Position numbers and translations under genes: made by a program. A DNA stretch of 64,000 nt from Eledone cirrhosa (lineage: Eukaryota). Of the stretch, positions 40,154-51,819 are shown in pieces. The DNA is taken from positions 18,786,001-18,850,000 of the forward strand of contig OZ024753.1 of NCBI GenBank assembly GCA_964016885.1, written 5' to 3'. The first letter of the stretch is position 1; every line of letters starts with the position of its first letter. Under the pieces are notes generated by a model. The model was not told where the DNA came from, ran no database searches, and worked only from the letters and a program-made list of their open reading frames with translations.

Positions 40154-41648
40154 GTCAATCTTAATAAATTGACTGATTTATCTGTTCACTACTGCTAATC
40201 CACCGCTGTTTGTACAATTTTTTAGATAATGTCAATTTGAGCTTGAATCATTGGCGTAATGAAATTTTAAAAGATTATAAGCAAATCTTTTTTAAAATAC
40301 ACAGACAACATTTAACTGCATCGTTGCAACATTAGATCTAATAATGGAGCAAAATTTGTGCAGAATTATTGTTTGTGCAATAAGATATTTTTTTTTCTCC
40401 TATTGTTGATTTAAATTTCATATGTCGATTATTATAGTTGAATTAATAAAAAAATTAAATATTACATACAAATAGTTTAACATAATAATTAAAAAAATAA
40501 TCCAACATAATAATAATAAAATAATTTAACACAAAACAAACAATATAGACAAATATACAAGTAAATATGATACAACCAATATTATAAGCATGTTATATAA
40601 ATAAATCTTGTAATTTAATATATAATAGTTAATAATTACTTTTACAAAAGCATATTATATTGGCAAATGGACAAGTAACTATTAACTAGATCATTCATAT
40701 AAAAGTAAATAAAGGTTACAATCAATATTGGAAGGTGCATTATAAAGATATGTAAATAAAAAACCTTATAATTTATTTTAATATATTTTTAAAATATAAG
40801 ACTAAAAAAAAAATTTTTAAAGAAAGCATAAAATACAAAACAAAATATAGTTGACACCACACAATGTGCAGATATATAATTTTAGTCAGCCATATTAATC
40901 CAAAGTATTAGAGGATTTTTGTGTTGCTAAAAAAGGCACAAAAATAGTGTATGTATTTTCACATAAAAGGCTTTACCTTATATAATTATCTCATATAATA
41001 TTGAATCTACGAGAGTTTTATGTTATTTGTTTTGAGAAAAATACCTTACTATCAGTATGAGTGGCTAATTATGGCCAGTTTGAATAGAAAGAGGCGAGAG
41101 AATTATGGTCGGATATGGTCTCTTTAAATGCTAAAGCGCTAGAGAGTTTCTGGTACAAAAATGAATACATTGGAATTTAAAATATAATACAACATTGAAA
41201 GTAGTTGATATAATGGATAAAAAATACAAGATTTATAAAATTAGATAATAATAGATAAAAATATGCTTAATTTAAGATAAAATATTGATAAAATTATAAT
41301 ACATAAAAATTGATATCATACGGAGAGTATAGTTCAGTGACAAAATGGTCACACGAATATGGTTGAGTGACATGTGTTTTCAATATTATATCTCAAAAGG
41401 CCATAGTAGCTGCAAACCAATTTCACAATTTCCCGAGGGTAAAAAAAACAGCAGACATTCACCATGAAGATAATATATCTCAATGGTGGGACTGGATTCA
41501 TATTCTAATAAATTCAGAAATGCCCTAAAGAAATAGAAACAAAGCAATAGTTAGAGATAACAAGACATCTCTCAACCTCTGTTACTTTTTCTTAGGATCA
41601 AGCAAATTTTTCAAAAAATGCTTGCTGCTGTACATTGGCGGTGAAAGT

Positions 41649-44600
41649 TCAATTCAACTTTTCTAAAAACAACAGGTAGTTGTTAAGCAGTTTCGACGGG
41701 AAACCTATATACTGCTTGGAAAAAACGGCATCGTTAATAATGTCCCATCTGTCCTGATTGCGGACGATGCTGGTGTAGTGCCCGGAGTCTGCACTAGCCA
41801 GTGAATGCAAGACGGAGCCGATTAGTCGGAATTTTTGGCCGTAAATGCTCTGCTTGTTCGGAGAGAAATTCATCAACTCAGAATCAATTCTGATCATCTG
41901 ATTGTTTGTATATTCGAATCTATTCAAATAAACAACCAAGTAACGCATTGTGTTTGGAAATACATGGTTAACTGTACCAAAGTGCTCGGTGTCAATGCCA
42001 CACAGATCGCATCTCTTAATGAGCGAAACATCAGTTTTGAGCAAGCTTTTGAATTGCTGCCGACCATTAACAGGCTGCAACGTCAGATCAGACTTGACAT
42101 CAGTTATATGTGTGCAAGTGCCACAGCCGTTGATCGATGCACAATAACATTCATCATTGTGCAATCTGGGGCAATTGTGCTCGTGTTTTCTAGTGCAGCT
42201 GAGCCAAGTATTTTCCTCAAAGGTGAATAGTTGTTTAATTTTTTTAGAGAACAACTGATAAATGTGCTTCCAAAAATCGTGCGCACACTGTTGGGTACCA
42301 TTATTAAACCTGCCACCGAGAATATTTCTCAAATTTGCGACCGATTTAGTTCCAGATGACGATATAATATCGCTAATTTCACGAATAGCAACATCATCAG
42401 TGGACTGAATGTGTTCAACCAACAACACCAGCTGGCGTATAACTTGCATGGTGCTGTTTACAAAGCAAGCATTTCTCTCATTGATCAGCGAAATGTACGG
42501 CTTTGCAACCGTTTTCTCAGTTCTGGCCTTTTTTGGATTCGCCAAGTTGACCATTCCACTGTCAATATTAATAGCAAATTTACTTTTTTTAGTTGCTTTT
42601 TTGGCCTGTCCAATACTGTTGGGCCTCACGTTACACAATGGAAGCGGTCCCATATTAATGGTCTCTCTCAAATAATTGTATTCTCTCCAAGCACTAGAGT
42701 CGCACATGATCAAACTCGTTGGATCAAGATCAATCAAGTAAACATTGCACAGTTTGCGGGCTCTAGACAAGGCTACATAGGCCATACCGTCTGCAAAAAC
42801 GCCAGTGCCCAAATCAACAACGACTCCATCGACACTTATTCCCTGTGATTTGTGGATGGAAATTGCATATGCAATGCACAAGGGATATTGTTCTCTAGTG
42901 ATAAAAACACTAGGAGACAATTCGTAATCGGCTTTGACACGTTTGATGGCAACAATTTGGTTTGTACTCTCAAAGAGAACGTCAATGGAAGTAATTTTTC
43001 CAAACTCATAATTGAGTTGCTTTACAGTTCCCATTGCACCATTGCACAAGCCTTTCTCAAGATCGATGTTGCGTTTAAGCATAACTCGAGCATTAACGCC
43101 AACTTTAAGAACAGTTTCAAGGCCAGCAGTATCAGAAGTCTTTTTAGTGGTCAGCTTTTTTCTTATTGTTTTCTTTTGACATTTGGTTTGCCTCATATTC
43201 GAATCAATAACCATAAGTTCAACGGTATTAATGCCAAGTTTATTGAGCATTGCAGCGTTAAACTTTTCTACTGACTCGTTTAGAGGCATGATACAGACGA
43301 TACTCAAATTAGAAGTCTGTATCAGCTCACACATTTTGTAAGCAACCTGATCAATGGAAGCTTTGCCGTTGAGATCAATTCTATGCTTATTTAGAATTTC
43401 AATATCTGAATCAAGTGGTGAACCCAGCCTTATTCGGCCGAGCATGTCAACATAATTATCCAAGTCTTCTTTCTGACGCATGTTGACTGTCAACTCGTCG
43501 TACTTGAAGTACCTCCACAAATGGTGGCTGCTGACGCCTATGCATGATCTTTGTGCATCTTGGTGAGTAACTTTGTTAAACACCGGCTTTTCTCTAACAG
43601 GCGGTAATTGAAGCAAATCTCCAAAAACAACAATGTTCATTCGCCCGAAAGGAGAAATGCCTTGGGCAAAGTCACAAAACAATTGGCACAATCTCAAGTG
43701 AATGAATGCCAACTGCAAATGACTGACCATGCTAATCTCATCGATTATGATCAGTCGGACATATTGAAGCCCCATCCTCAGCATTTTCAAAAAGTCCTTT
43801 GGTAGATCATCGTACACGGGAGTTTTACCGTGCTGCACTTTGAGCTTTAGCATTCGATGAACAGTCATGCCGTTGAGTTGGAAAGCAGCCATTCCTGTGG
43901 GTGCCGATATCACTACGCTCGGGCCATTGTCATTTGGATACATGTACTGAATTTTATCAGCCAGTACATTTATCAAAAAACTCTTGCCCGTGCCACCAAC
44001 ACCTGAAACAAATTTCAAGACTTGTGGACAATCATCGCAACTACATCTCGGATAAGGTTTGCTGTTGTCCCAATGTTTGTCTTGTTTGTCAATACCGGCA
44101 ACGATATCGTCATAAATTTTTCTTTGCACTTCATTCAGTTTATTTTCTTTATGCCTCAGTGCATCCTCATTGACATCTCTCATGCAAGGCAAATCGACAT
44201 TAGCATCATCAACTGCCAACGTCTCCATGTGATCACCGCAAGAATGGTCATCATTATCATGAGACTGAGGTTCGTTTTGAATATGTTTGGCTTGTTCCAG
44301 CGCATTCTCCAAACGTTTGCGCACATTCTGGAACCTGACCATTTCAGATAAATGGTTTGCACACTGTTCAAAAGACTCTTTATAAGTCTCACAACCTCCC
44401 AGCAAGTCTTTTTCCTCGTCTCGCCAAGGTTTAAAGAGTATAAGCAGGTTGTGGTGATAGCGCTCACAGGTATCTGCAGTCAATCTAATGTTTGGCGACT
44501 TCACAATCCGCTCTTTCACAGATTTGAAATAGCCAAGATTATTTCTCAACCTGAAGTCGTCATCAAAATTGCTGTTACCAATTGGATTCACATGTTCGTA

Positions 44601-47600
44601 TTTACTCGCAAGTTCATACAAACACATGTGCTCCATCGAATCAGGCCTGTTTGGATACCAATTTTCGACCATATTCTCGTAATAAAGATCGGTAGAATAC
44701 GGTTTCAATTTATCCAGTTCATACTGAGGCCTGAACCTGTGGGATCGGTAACTAGGCAAATCGGCCCCAATCCAAATGAGGCTTTCAGAGCATCCATAAA
44801 AATGGTGGCCAAGCAATTTGTCTGCAGCCTCATAGGCACCTGTATCACGCTTGCCCATCAGCTTAAGTCCGACACTCTTGTATCTGGAGTAAATGGACTT
44901 GGACTTGTCAATCTCAGCCCAAATACCTTCAGTTTCAGTCTTTTCGGACTTTGTCTGATAACTAGTAACATATCGGTTTAGAATCATGCTATCTTCACCG
45001 ATGTATTGGATATCGACATTAGCTTTCCAGACATACAGAACAACAGGATTGTAGTCATTGATGCACTCTTCCCCTTGTCGTCTGTCAAGCTTGTACAACT
45101 TTTTGACAGCTCTACCTTTGTGTCGAGATTTTATGCACTCGTTGACGCTAAGCAAATTGAAATTCCCGATAGGACGAGGAAATCCAAACCTGTATCGAGT
45201 GTAAAAACGACCACTCGAAAATATTTGCCTTTTGCAGGATCCACTACACACATGTCGTTGAAAACGCAACACCAAGTCTGACAAAACGGGGCTTTCTACA
45301 TTGGACGGCATGCGACATGTGATCATGGACTGTATAAACGTCTGAATAGCATACTTGTCGTCTCTGTCCATAATAGGGCCATCTTTAATCCATAATTTCA
45401 TATGAACATGCGGAGCACCTCTCATTTGGTATTCCAACCTCCAAAAAAAGTGCTCGACAATACCAAACGGAGAATTGGTATGTTTAACAACTTCTTTCAT
45501 AAAGGTGGTGAACCGATGGTGAAAATGTTCGCTAACAGCCACCACGTCATCCGCGCACAACTCATTGGTGCGTTTTCTAGAAATGTCTGGTATGTCAGCA
45601 TTCAACTTTTCCAGGAACTCTCTCAGATCAGGCCAAAAGTACTCTGCACAAGACAAAGTTAAGAACAAGTGGGCCGGGCCAAATTTCTCGTCCATAGCCA
45701 TCAAGTCTGAACATTTTCTAGACCAAAACTGCTTGGAACCACGGACATTGGCCATCATCATATTTAAATTGCCCTCTAGGTGCCTGTCATTTTCATGAAG
45801 CCGCCTTCTAAACTCGCTTATAGTCATGCGGCTGTTTTTGGTGGTCTTCATGATGGCATATATACCAGAATCAATGCCTCTCTTGTCGGCTTTATCAAGA
45901 CAAAACATGAGATATTGTATATCTCGCCGAAATCTAGAGTCGCTATGATTCAGTCTGTTTCTTATGAACATGTATGGCTTTACAGCGCCAAACGGTCTAT
46001 TGTCCACGAAAATGCCAAACTGACCAGTTGGATAAAGACAAGGAAAGCACAACAACTCAAGTTTTTTATCATTGTCTGCAATGAAATCGCCTTCCACTCT
46101 TTTCATTTTGTACAAAGCCAAGTCAGTGTCTGCAGGGAGACACGGATTCATGTCTTTAACAGTGTGATGCTCATAGGTAATGCCAGCATTCGATTTAAGT
46201 AAAAGATTATCGAATTTGGCATTATTAACTCCCGAGCACTCGACAATGTTTTCATTTTCCGTATCGGCGTAGCGATTGATCTTAACATCGGCATACATTA
46301 CATTGTTTGCTGCAAGCCAATCAAGTGCCTTCAATACTTTACTCATGTCTACCATTGAACGCCAGATAATTTGTTTCCGCGAAGGCAAGCTATCAACGAC
46401 TATTTTAAGCATGTCGTCTTGAAGCGCAGGTAACGTATCCATGGTGCGGTTAATAGTTCCGTCCATAGGCAAAGGCAAGTGAATTGCAATTCCTTTAATA
46501 GCGGAAATGCATGCTGAAATATTGCCTTTGAATGAGTATGGCACCAGTTTTATTACATTGACGAAACATTTGGCCCGTTGTACAAGTATTCGCTCATATG
46601 TATTAAGATCAGCAAGTTCTTTGGGAACGGCAGCAACGCCCAAGCCATTTATTGAGGCCATTGAAGGCACCCCACTGTTTCGCAAATGTGTAGTGCATGT
46701 TGTGCAGACTGTGCAAGGCAAAGAGTAGTTGGCAGTTATTGCATCCTTTGCAACGGCCGTTTTAAAATATCTAGAGTTCCAATTATCCCAAACTTTTAGT
46801 TCCTTGCTATATTTGCGCAGTTTGCAGATATGACAATGTTGGATTTTATAGTTGGTAATTTCAGATTGAAATCTTTGAACTTGATTACCATATTTATGAA
46901 TGACATCTGCATCAGTGTGTTCGACATCATTGAAACCAGTGCACATATTATTGAATTTAACTGCAATAGCACGCTCAATGTTGGCAACGTCTGTCAAATT
47001 CTCAAAGTTGGTCCAATCGCCATTGAAAACAGCTTCATTGTACTTGTTGAGCCAAATACATAAGGACCGAACTTTATAAATTTTCCTCAGCAATGTGCGC
47101 AACTTTGGCGAGTGAACTGCTATGGATTTTAAAAAGCCAAATTCACTGGTGCAGCCAGTTTGACCGATGCAGTGCTGATCATTATCATGAGTAACATTGC
47201 AAAACTCATATTTCTCGATCAACTGCCTTATTTCAGCAACTGTCATATCGGGATTGAGTTTTGGAAGTTTATCATCAATTCTTTGGCACAAAGTTAGACG
47301 AGTAGCTGAGTCATTTGGACATGTATCTAATATGGAAGACCCGTAAGGTCTAACCAAACATTTAGACACATCATTATCATCATTCTGCTCGTCAGCATTA
47401 GCCATGTCATTCACAATGTTGTCTGTCTCCTTATTATTGATAACGACTATTCGGACTTTCTCAACGGACTGATTTTTAAACTCATCCATTTTCATGTACT
47501 TTGCAGTGCTCTTGTCAAAATTAGGAAGCTCATTGGTGGAACTGTGATAATGTTGATTTCCCCAATAATGCAACAAACCGTTAGCATTGATCTTTTCCAT

Positions 47601-48323
47601 CAATGTATGCACAGCTTTAACATTTATTTTTAATTGAGCACACACAAAATTTCGCATCCCAACAGATCTGGAGAACACACTCAGCACGTGACTATATGCG
47701 TCGTTGCGAAGATTGGTATCTGTTATTGTCTTTTTATATGACTTAACAAATTGGGACATCAAGATCTGATGCTGCATCCGGAAGTCAACCATTTTATTTA
47801 GTTTCTTCATTTGATACAAAGACCGCTTATGAAGAAACTTTTTTTTATAATATGTTTTCTCATAAGACTGTATATTATCTTTATGGTGAATTTTATACAT
47901 AGCCTTTGTTTGTAATACTTTGTCTTGATTTGCAGATCTGTACTTGGTCTGCTCTTTAGCCAACTCGGTACGTTTAGAAGCTCTACGCTCGGCTTGCTTT
48001 TGAGATATAATAGCTGAATTTGCAGATCTATACTTGGCCTGCTTGTTTGCCAACTCATACCGTTTTGAACATCTATACTTGGCCTGTTTTTGTCTCAACT
48101 TCTCCCGATTCCGCATCCGGTAAGCTGCTTTCACATCCAATTTAATATGCCCATCTAGATTATTAGCACAGGAATGTGAACAAGCTTGTGGGACCGCATC
48201 ATTGTAAGTATATGAACTGCCTGCAACATCAAGACCCAATTCACAAGTGCAGCGTTGCTCATTCACATCGGCAGTGGGGACACCAAAATCAGTGACAGGT
48301 CTCGATTCACTCGCGAGATACAT
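41649..48323 (-). CDS. Helitron2/Helentron-type Rep-Pif1 helicase transposase with C-terminal USP (peptidase C19)-like domain, 2224 aa
   Basis: Rep: FLTLSCAE, FFWRLEYQMRGAPHVH (HUH), YVTSYQTK (Y2). Helicase: GVGGTGKS, IIIDEISMV, FGDLLQLPPV, HKSQG, YVALSRA. C-terminus: LINERNACFVNSTMQ, QQCAHDF, H..ASADSGHY, WDIIND. Uninterrupted; first ATG at 48323. Confidence 0.92.
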   Translation of the reverse strand: MYLASESRPVTDFGVPTADVNEQRCTCELGLDVAGSSYTYNDAVPQACSHSCANNLDGHIKLDVKAAYRMRNREKLRQKQAKYRCSKRYELANKQAKYRSANSAIISQKQAERRASKRTELAKEQTKYRSANQDKVLQTKAMYKIHHKDNIQSYEKTYYKKKFLHKRSLYQMKKLNKMVDFRMQHQILMSQFVKSYKKTITDTNLRNDAYSHVLSVFSRSVGMRNFVCAQLKINVKAVHTLMEKINANGLLHYWGNQHYHSSTNELPNFDKSTAKYMKMDEFKNQSVEKVRIVVINNKETDNIVNDMANADEQNDDNDVSKCLVRPYGSSILDTCPNDSATRLTLCQRIDDKLPKLNPDMTVAEIRQLIEKYEFCNVTHDNDQHCIGQTGCTSEFGFLKSIAVHSPKLRTLLRKIYKVRSLCIWLNKYNEAVFNGDWTNFENLTDVANIERAIAVKFNNMCTGFNDVEHTDADVIHKYGNQVQRFQSEITNYKIQHCHICKLRKYSKELKVWDNWNSRYFKTAVAKDAITANYSLPCTVCTTCTTHLRNSGVPSMASINGLGVAAVPKELADLNTYERILVQRAKCFVNVIKLVPYSFKGNISACISAIKGIAIHLPLPMDGTINRTMDTLPALQDDMLKIVVDSLPSRKQIIWRSMVDMSKVLKALDWLAANNVMYADVKINRYADTENENIVECSGVNNAKFDNLLLKSNAGITYEHHTVKDMNPCLPADTDLALYKMKRVEGDFIADNDKKLELLCFPCLYPTGQFGIFVDNRPFGAVKPYMFIRNRLNHSDSRFRRDIQYLMFCLDKADKRGIDSGIYAIMKTTKNSRMTISEFRRRLHENDRHLEGNLNMMMANVRGSKQFWSRKCSDLMAMDEKFGPAHLFLTLSCAEYFWPDLREFLEKLNADIPDISRKRTNELCADDVVAVSEHFHHRFTTFMKEVVKHTNSPFGIVEHFFWRLEYQMRGAPHVHMKLWIKDGPIMDRDDKYAIQTFIQSMITCRMPSNVESPVLSDLVLRFQRHVCSGSCKRQIFSSGRFYTRYRFGFPRPIGNFNLLSVNECIKSRHKGRAVKKLYKLDRRQGEECINDYNPVVLYVWKANVDIQYIGEDSMILNRYVTSYQTKSEKTETEGIWAEIDKSKSIYSRYKSVGLKLMGKRDTGAYEAADKLLGHHFYGCSESLIWIGADLPSYRSHRFRPQYELDKLKPYSTDLYYENMVENWYPNRPDSMEHMCLYELASKYEHVNPIGNSNFDDDFRLRNNLGYFKSVKERIVKSPNIRLTADTCERYHHNLLILFKPWRDEEKDLLGGCETYKESFEQCANHLSEMVRFQNVRKRLENALEQAKHIQNEPQSHDNDDHSCGDHMETLAVDDANVDLPCMRDVNEDALRHKENKLNEVQRKIYDDIVAGIDKQDKHWDNSKPYPRCSCDDCPQVLKFVSGVGGTGKSFLINVLADKIQYMYPNDNGPSVVISAPTGMAAFQLNGMTVHRMLKLKVQHGKTPVYDDLPKDFLKMLRMGLQYVRLIIIDEISMVSHLQLAFIHLRLCQLFCDFAQGISPFGRMNIVVFGDLLQLPPVREKPVFNKVTHQDAQRSCIGVSSHHLWRYFKYDELTVNMRQKEDLDNYVDMLGRIRLGSPLDSDIEILNKHRIDLNGKASIDQVAYKMCELIQTSNLSIVCIMPLNESVEKFNAAMLNKLGINTVELMVIDSNMRQTKCQKKTIRKKLTTKKTSDTAGLETVLKVGVNARVMLKRNIDLEKGLCNGAMGTVKQLNYEFGKITSIDVLFESTNQIVAIKRVKADYELSPSVFITREQYPLCIAYAISIHKSQGISVDGVVVDLGTGVFADGMAYVALSRARKLCNVYLIDLDPTSLIMCDSSAWREYNYLRETINMGPLPLCNVRPNSIGQAKKATKKSKFAINIDSGMVNLANPKKARTEKTVAKPYISLINERNACFVNSTMQVIRQLVLLVEHIQSTDDVAIREISDIISSSGTKSVANLRNILGGRFNNGTQQCAHDFWKHIYQLFSKKIKQLFTFEENTWLSCTRKHEHNCPRLHNDECYCASINGCGTCTHITDVKSDLTLQPVNGRQQFKSLLKTDVSLIKRCDLCGIDTEHFGTVNHVFPNTMRYLVVYLNRFEYTNNQMIRIDSELMNFSPNKQSIYGQKFRLIGSVLHSLASADSGHYTSIVRNQDRWDIINDAVFSKQYIGFPSKLLNNYLLFLEKLN

Positions 48324-48400
48324 CACAGCTACACTATATATTTAAACATATATACAGTGATACCTCGCTACTTGGCGGTTCATACGCTATATATATATAT

Positions 48401-48439
<39 letters not shown>

Positions 48440-48692
48440 TAAGTAATTAATACCGTATAAATGGTACAAAGACTGTTTATGTAAAATGTATTTCTCAACA
48501 GAGCATTGAATACTTAGGAGAAATTCAAAACGAAGAGTGATAACATTTTCAAGCAAAGAGTTTAATTAGGTAATGACTTACAAATTTGTTTCAGTATATA
48601 GACAAAGCCTGAAGCGTTAATTATAATAATTAGTTAATAATATTACAAAATATACCTAATTAAACTCTTTGCTTGAAATTTTATCATTCTTC

Positions 48693-48832
<140 letters not shown>

Positions 48833-49204
48833 GGAGAGAGAGAGAGATTTATCTAGTCCTTCGCTCAAGATTAATCTATAAGTTTAGATGTTTGCCTTCG
48901 TTTAAGTAAATATTACAGTAAGATTTTTAATATAAACAACTACAAAAAACAATTAATATTAAAACGAAAATATTATCAATGATAAAAGAAGCGGATGCAA
49001 CTTTTTTTTTTATAAAGTTATATTCCTGTTTCTTTAAAGAACATTTCATTTGTGTTCTATTGTAGGCGAAATAATGCAATGGTTTAATAGGGAAGATATA
49101 ACTTACGAATTATGTCTCTAACCGTGTAACGCTTTTTAAGTAGATAACTACAATTGAAAATACTAAAGAAATGGAACCAACAATTCAATTTGAAAGTCGT
49201 CTAG

Positions 49205-49260
49205 TGACAGTGTATTACTGGTACTTTATTTTATCGACCCCGTAACGATGAAAGGCAAAA
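49205..49260 (-). mobile_element. SINE fragment
   Basis: actggtactttattttatcgaccccgtaacgatgaaaggcaaa. Confidence 0.65.
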
Positions 49261-50492
49261 ATGCAAATGCTTAAAATTTAAATTGCCTTAATTCTATCGT
49301 CTGCTGTTTCATTAAAGGGAGATTATCGTCTGTATTTAATTCTATCGTCTACTGTTCCACTAAACAGATATACCTCCACTATCGTCTCTATTTATACATT
49401 TTAACTTATAACTTATACACATTTGATTTGAAATATTTTATCTAGTCCCCCCTCTCAATATTATGATGATTTCTTTCGAATGAAACAGTTCTAGTCCTGT
49501 AGAAGCCATTTATATATATAATTGAACTGAGTTAAAAATTCACAATATTTATAATTAAATAAGCTCATATATATATGTGTGTATTTATCTGTTTATTGTA
49601 TTATATATAATGTGTGTATATACAGGATGTCCCCCAAAAATATATACACACTTCAACAGCATTCTAATAACTATTGCCTGTACAGGTAATCAAAGTGTCA
49701 ATCGAATGTTAGTTTCGTGTTTTAACAGTACAAATTTACAATACACACATAAAACCAGTGTATATACATACATGAGTGTGTATACACATACATGAATGTG
49801 TATATACAATATATATGTATATATATATAGACACATATATTCACGGTGCAACGGTACATTAAAATATAGATGCGGGAGAGGGGGGTGTATATATAGGGGC
49901 GCTGGGGATAAAGGAGTGTAAAGCGTGTGTAATTGATATATTGAAGGAGAGGAGCGTGCAGCGACAGAGTAACAAATATATAGAGAGGGGGAGAGATGGT
50001 ATTGAAGGGGAGGAGTGCAAAGCGAAAGAGTAAGAGATATAAATAGAGACGGAACAGATAGAGAGAAACAGGCGTAAGTAACAGTGGAAGAGATATAGAG
50101 AGAGGTACTCTGATTGGTTGAAAATTAGCCAATGACATACGATCACCACCACGGCTATCCCCGAAAAATTTTTAGATAAGCTAGGCATATATGTTAGAAC
50201 ACGAAAAGTGAACATTCTGTTGTTTCACACTTTTCGTGTTCTAACAGATATATAACATATATAAATATATCATATATAATATATATATATATAATATATA
50301 TATATAACATATATATATAACATATATATAACATATATATATATATAACGTATATATGACATATATATAACATATATATATAACATATATATATAATATT
50401 TATATATAATATTTATATATAATATATATATAATATATATAATATATATATATATAATATATATATAATATATATATATATAATATATATAT

Positions 50493-50539
<47 letters not shown>

Positions 50540-50652
50540 TATTAAAATAACAGATTAAAGTTTAAGCAAAGAATCCCTGCTTTCACCCTTAACGGGATCT
50601 TCTGAAACTAAAAAAATCAATCTGTGAACGCAGAAGTAAATATTTCAAAAAA
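50540..50652. repeat. Single arm of the family that forms the inverted pair at 59057-59307
   Basis: aaataacagattaaa..ttaagca...ctgctttcacccttaacgg...gcagaagtaaatatttc shared. Confidence 0.8.
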
Positions 50653-50770
50653 CGTTGGAACCGAAGGAAACAGGAAGACGATACTTTGGTTCGTGGAAAC
50701 CTTCCCTGGCAAAGAACGGAGAACAACTAAGATAATACGTCATAATTTGGAGCGTTGAAAACAATTACAC

Positions 50771-51028
50771 GTATAAATATAATAAAGAAGAAATTAAAAG
50801 ATGGGTAAAAGAGATCCATATATTTTATTATGCGCATTTCGAATACAAAACTTATATATAGAGATTTGAACTTTCCTGTAAACAAGTGCTATTATGCCTC
50901 ATATGGTTCCTTATTTTATCTGAGGAGAACACAATTTTTGTCCCAAGATGATTTTGTATTCGAAATCATATAATTAAATATATGGAACTCTTTTAACCAT
51001 CTTTTAATTTCTTCTTTATTATATATAC
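50771..51028. repeat. Diverged inverted pair carrying a hammerhead
   Basis: 50771-50850 is approximately the reverse complement of 50952-51028. Confidence 0.8.
50912..50980 (+). ncRNA. Type I hammerhead, mildly degenerate
   Basis: tattttat CTGAGGA gaacacaa...ttgtattc GAAA tcata TA attaaata; the left arm retains palindromic GAAA tgcgca TA ataaaata. Confidence 0.7.
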
Positions 51029-51651
51029 TCCAGTTCTACCAACATTCCGTACGGCGTGTCTTGCTGGCGTTCGCCTTCGTCTCCAACAAGCGCTTCCAGG
51101 GAAGTCACCAACATCCCGTCAGACGAGGCTTGCTGGGGTTCGCCTTCGTCGTCAACAAGCGCTTGCAGAGGAGTCCAAGGCAGACAGAGACAACAGGCTT
51201 GCTGCTAAGCGTTCCCGGCATACATTAGTTACTGCTGCCAAGAGCTCAGGCTGGGTAAAAGCAACCTTCAGATATAACCCCTCTGAGGATAACGGACTTC
51301 TGCCTATAGTCTCCATTGGCAAAATGGATAATGTCTGTACATCCTGCAAGGCAATGAAGTGGCCAGGCGAGACGCCTTCCGTGTGCTATGCAGGAGGTAA
51401 GGTGCAACTAGAGGCATTGGCTGACCCGCCAGACGTTCTTCAGAATCTACTTAGAGGTGACGACACTACGGCTATAACGTTCCGCCGTAACATATGGAAA
51501 TAAAACTCCTGTTTCATGATGACCTCCTTTGGTGTAGACAATAACAACACCAACAACGTTGCACCTGTGAGGCGCGGGAAGTAACTTTCACACATTTTAA
51601 CACCAGAGCAAATGTCGACTTACACCCGGGAAACGCCGGGTACTTCTGCTA

Positions 51652-51652
<1 letters not shown>
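51029..51652 (+). mobile_element. Deleted canonical Helitron (Rep N-terminal remnant plus 3' end)
   Basis: SIGKMDNVCTSCKAMKWPGETPSVCYAGGKV...FRRNIWK*NSCFMMTSFG; hairpin acccgggaaacgccgggt then CTAG|T; same family as 32268-34770. Confidence 0.85.
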
Positions 51653-51686
<34 letters not shown>

Positions 51687-51774
51687 AGTAAATAGCTCTC
51701 TTTTGACGTCTTTTAACTGTTCACTTACATATTTAAAACAGTCCAGTCGTAAAGAAATATATATCTATGTGTGT

Positions 51775-51819
<45 letters not shown>

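Noticed and set aside
41835-47063. Plus-strand ORFs overlapping the RepHel gene
   Set aside because: Antisense shadows with no motifs.
48353-48382. Tc1/pogo-like terminal sequences here and at 49621
   Set aside because: Single short ends with no partner TIR; not supportable as elements.
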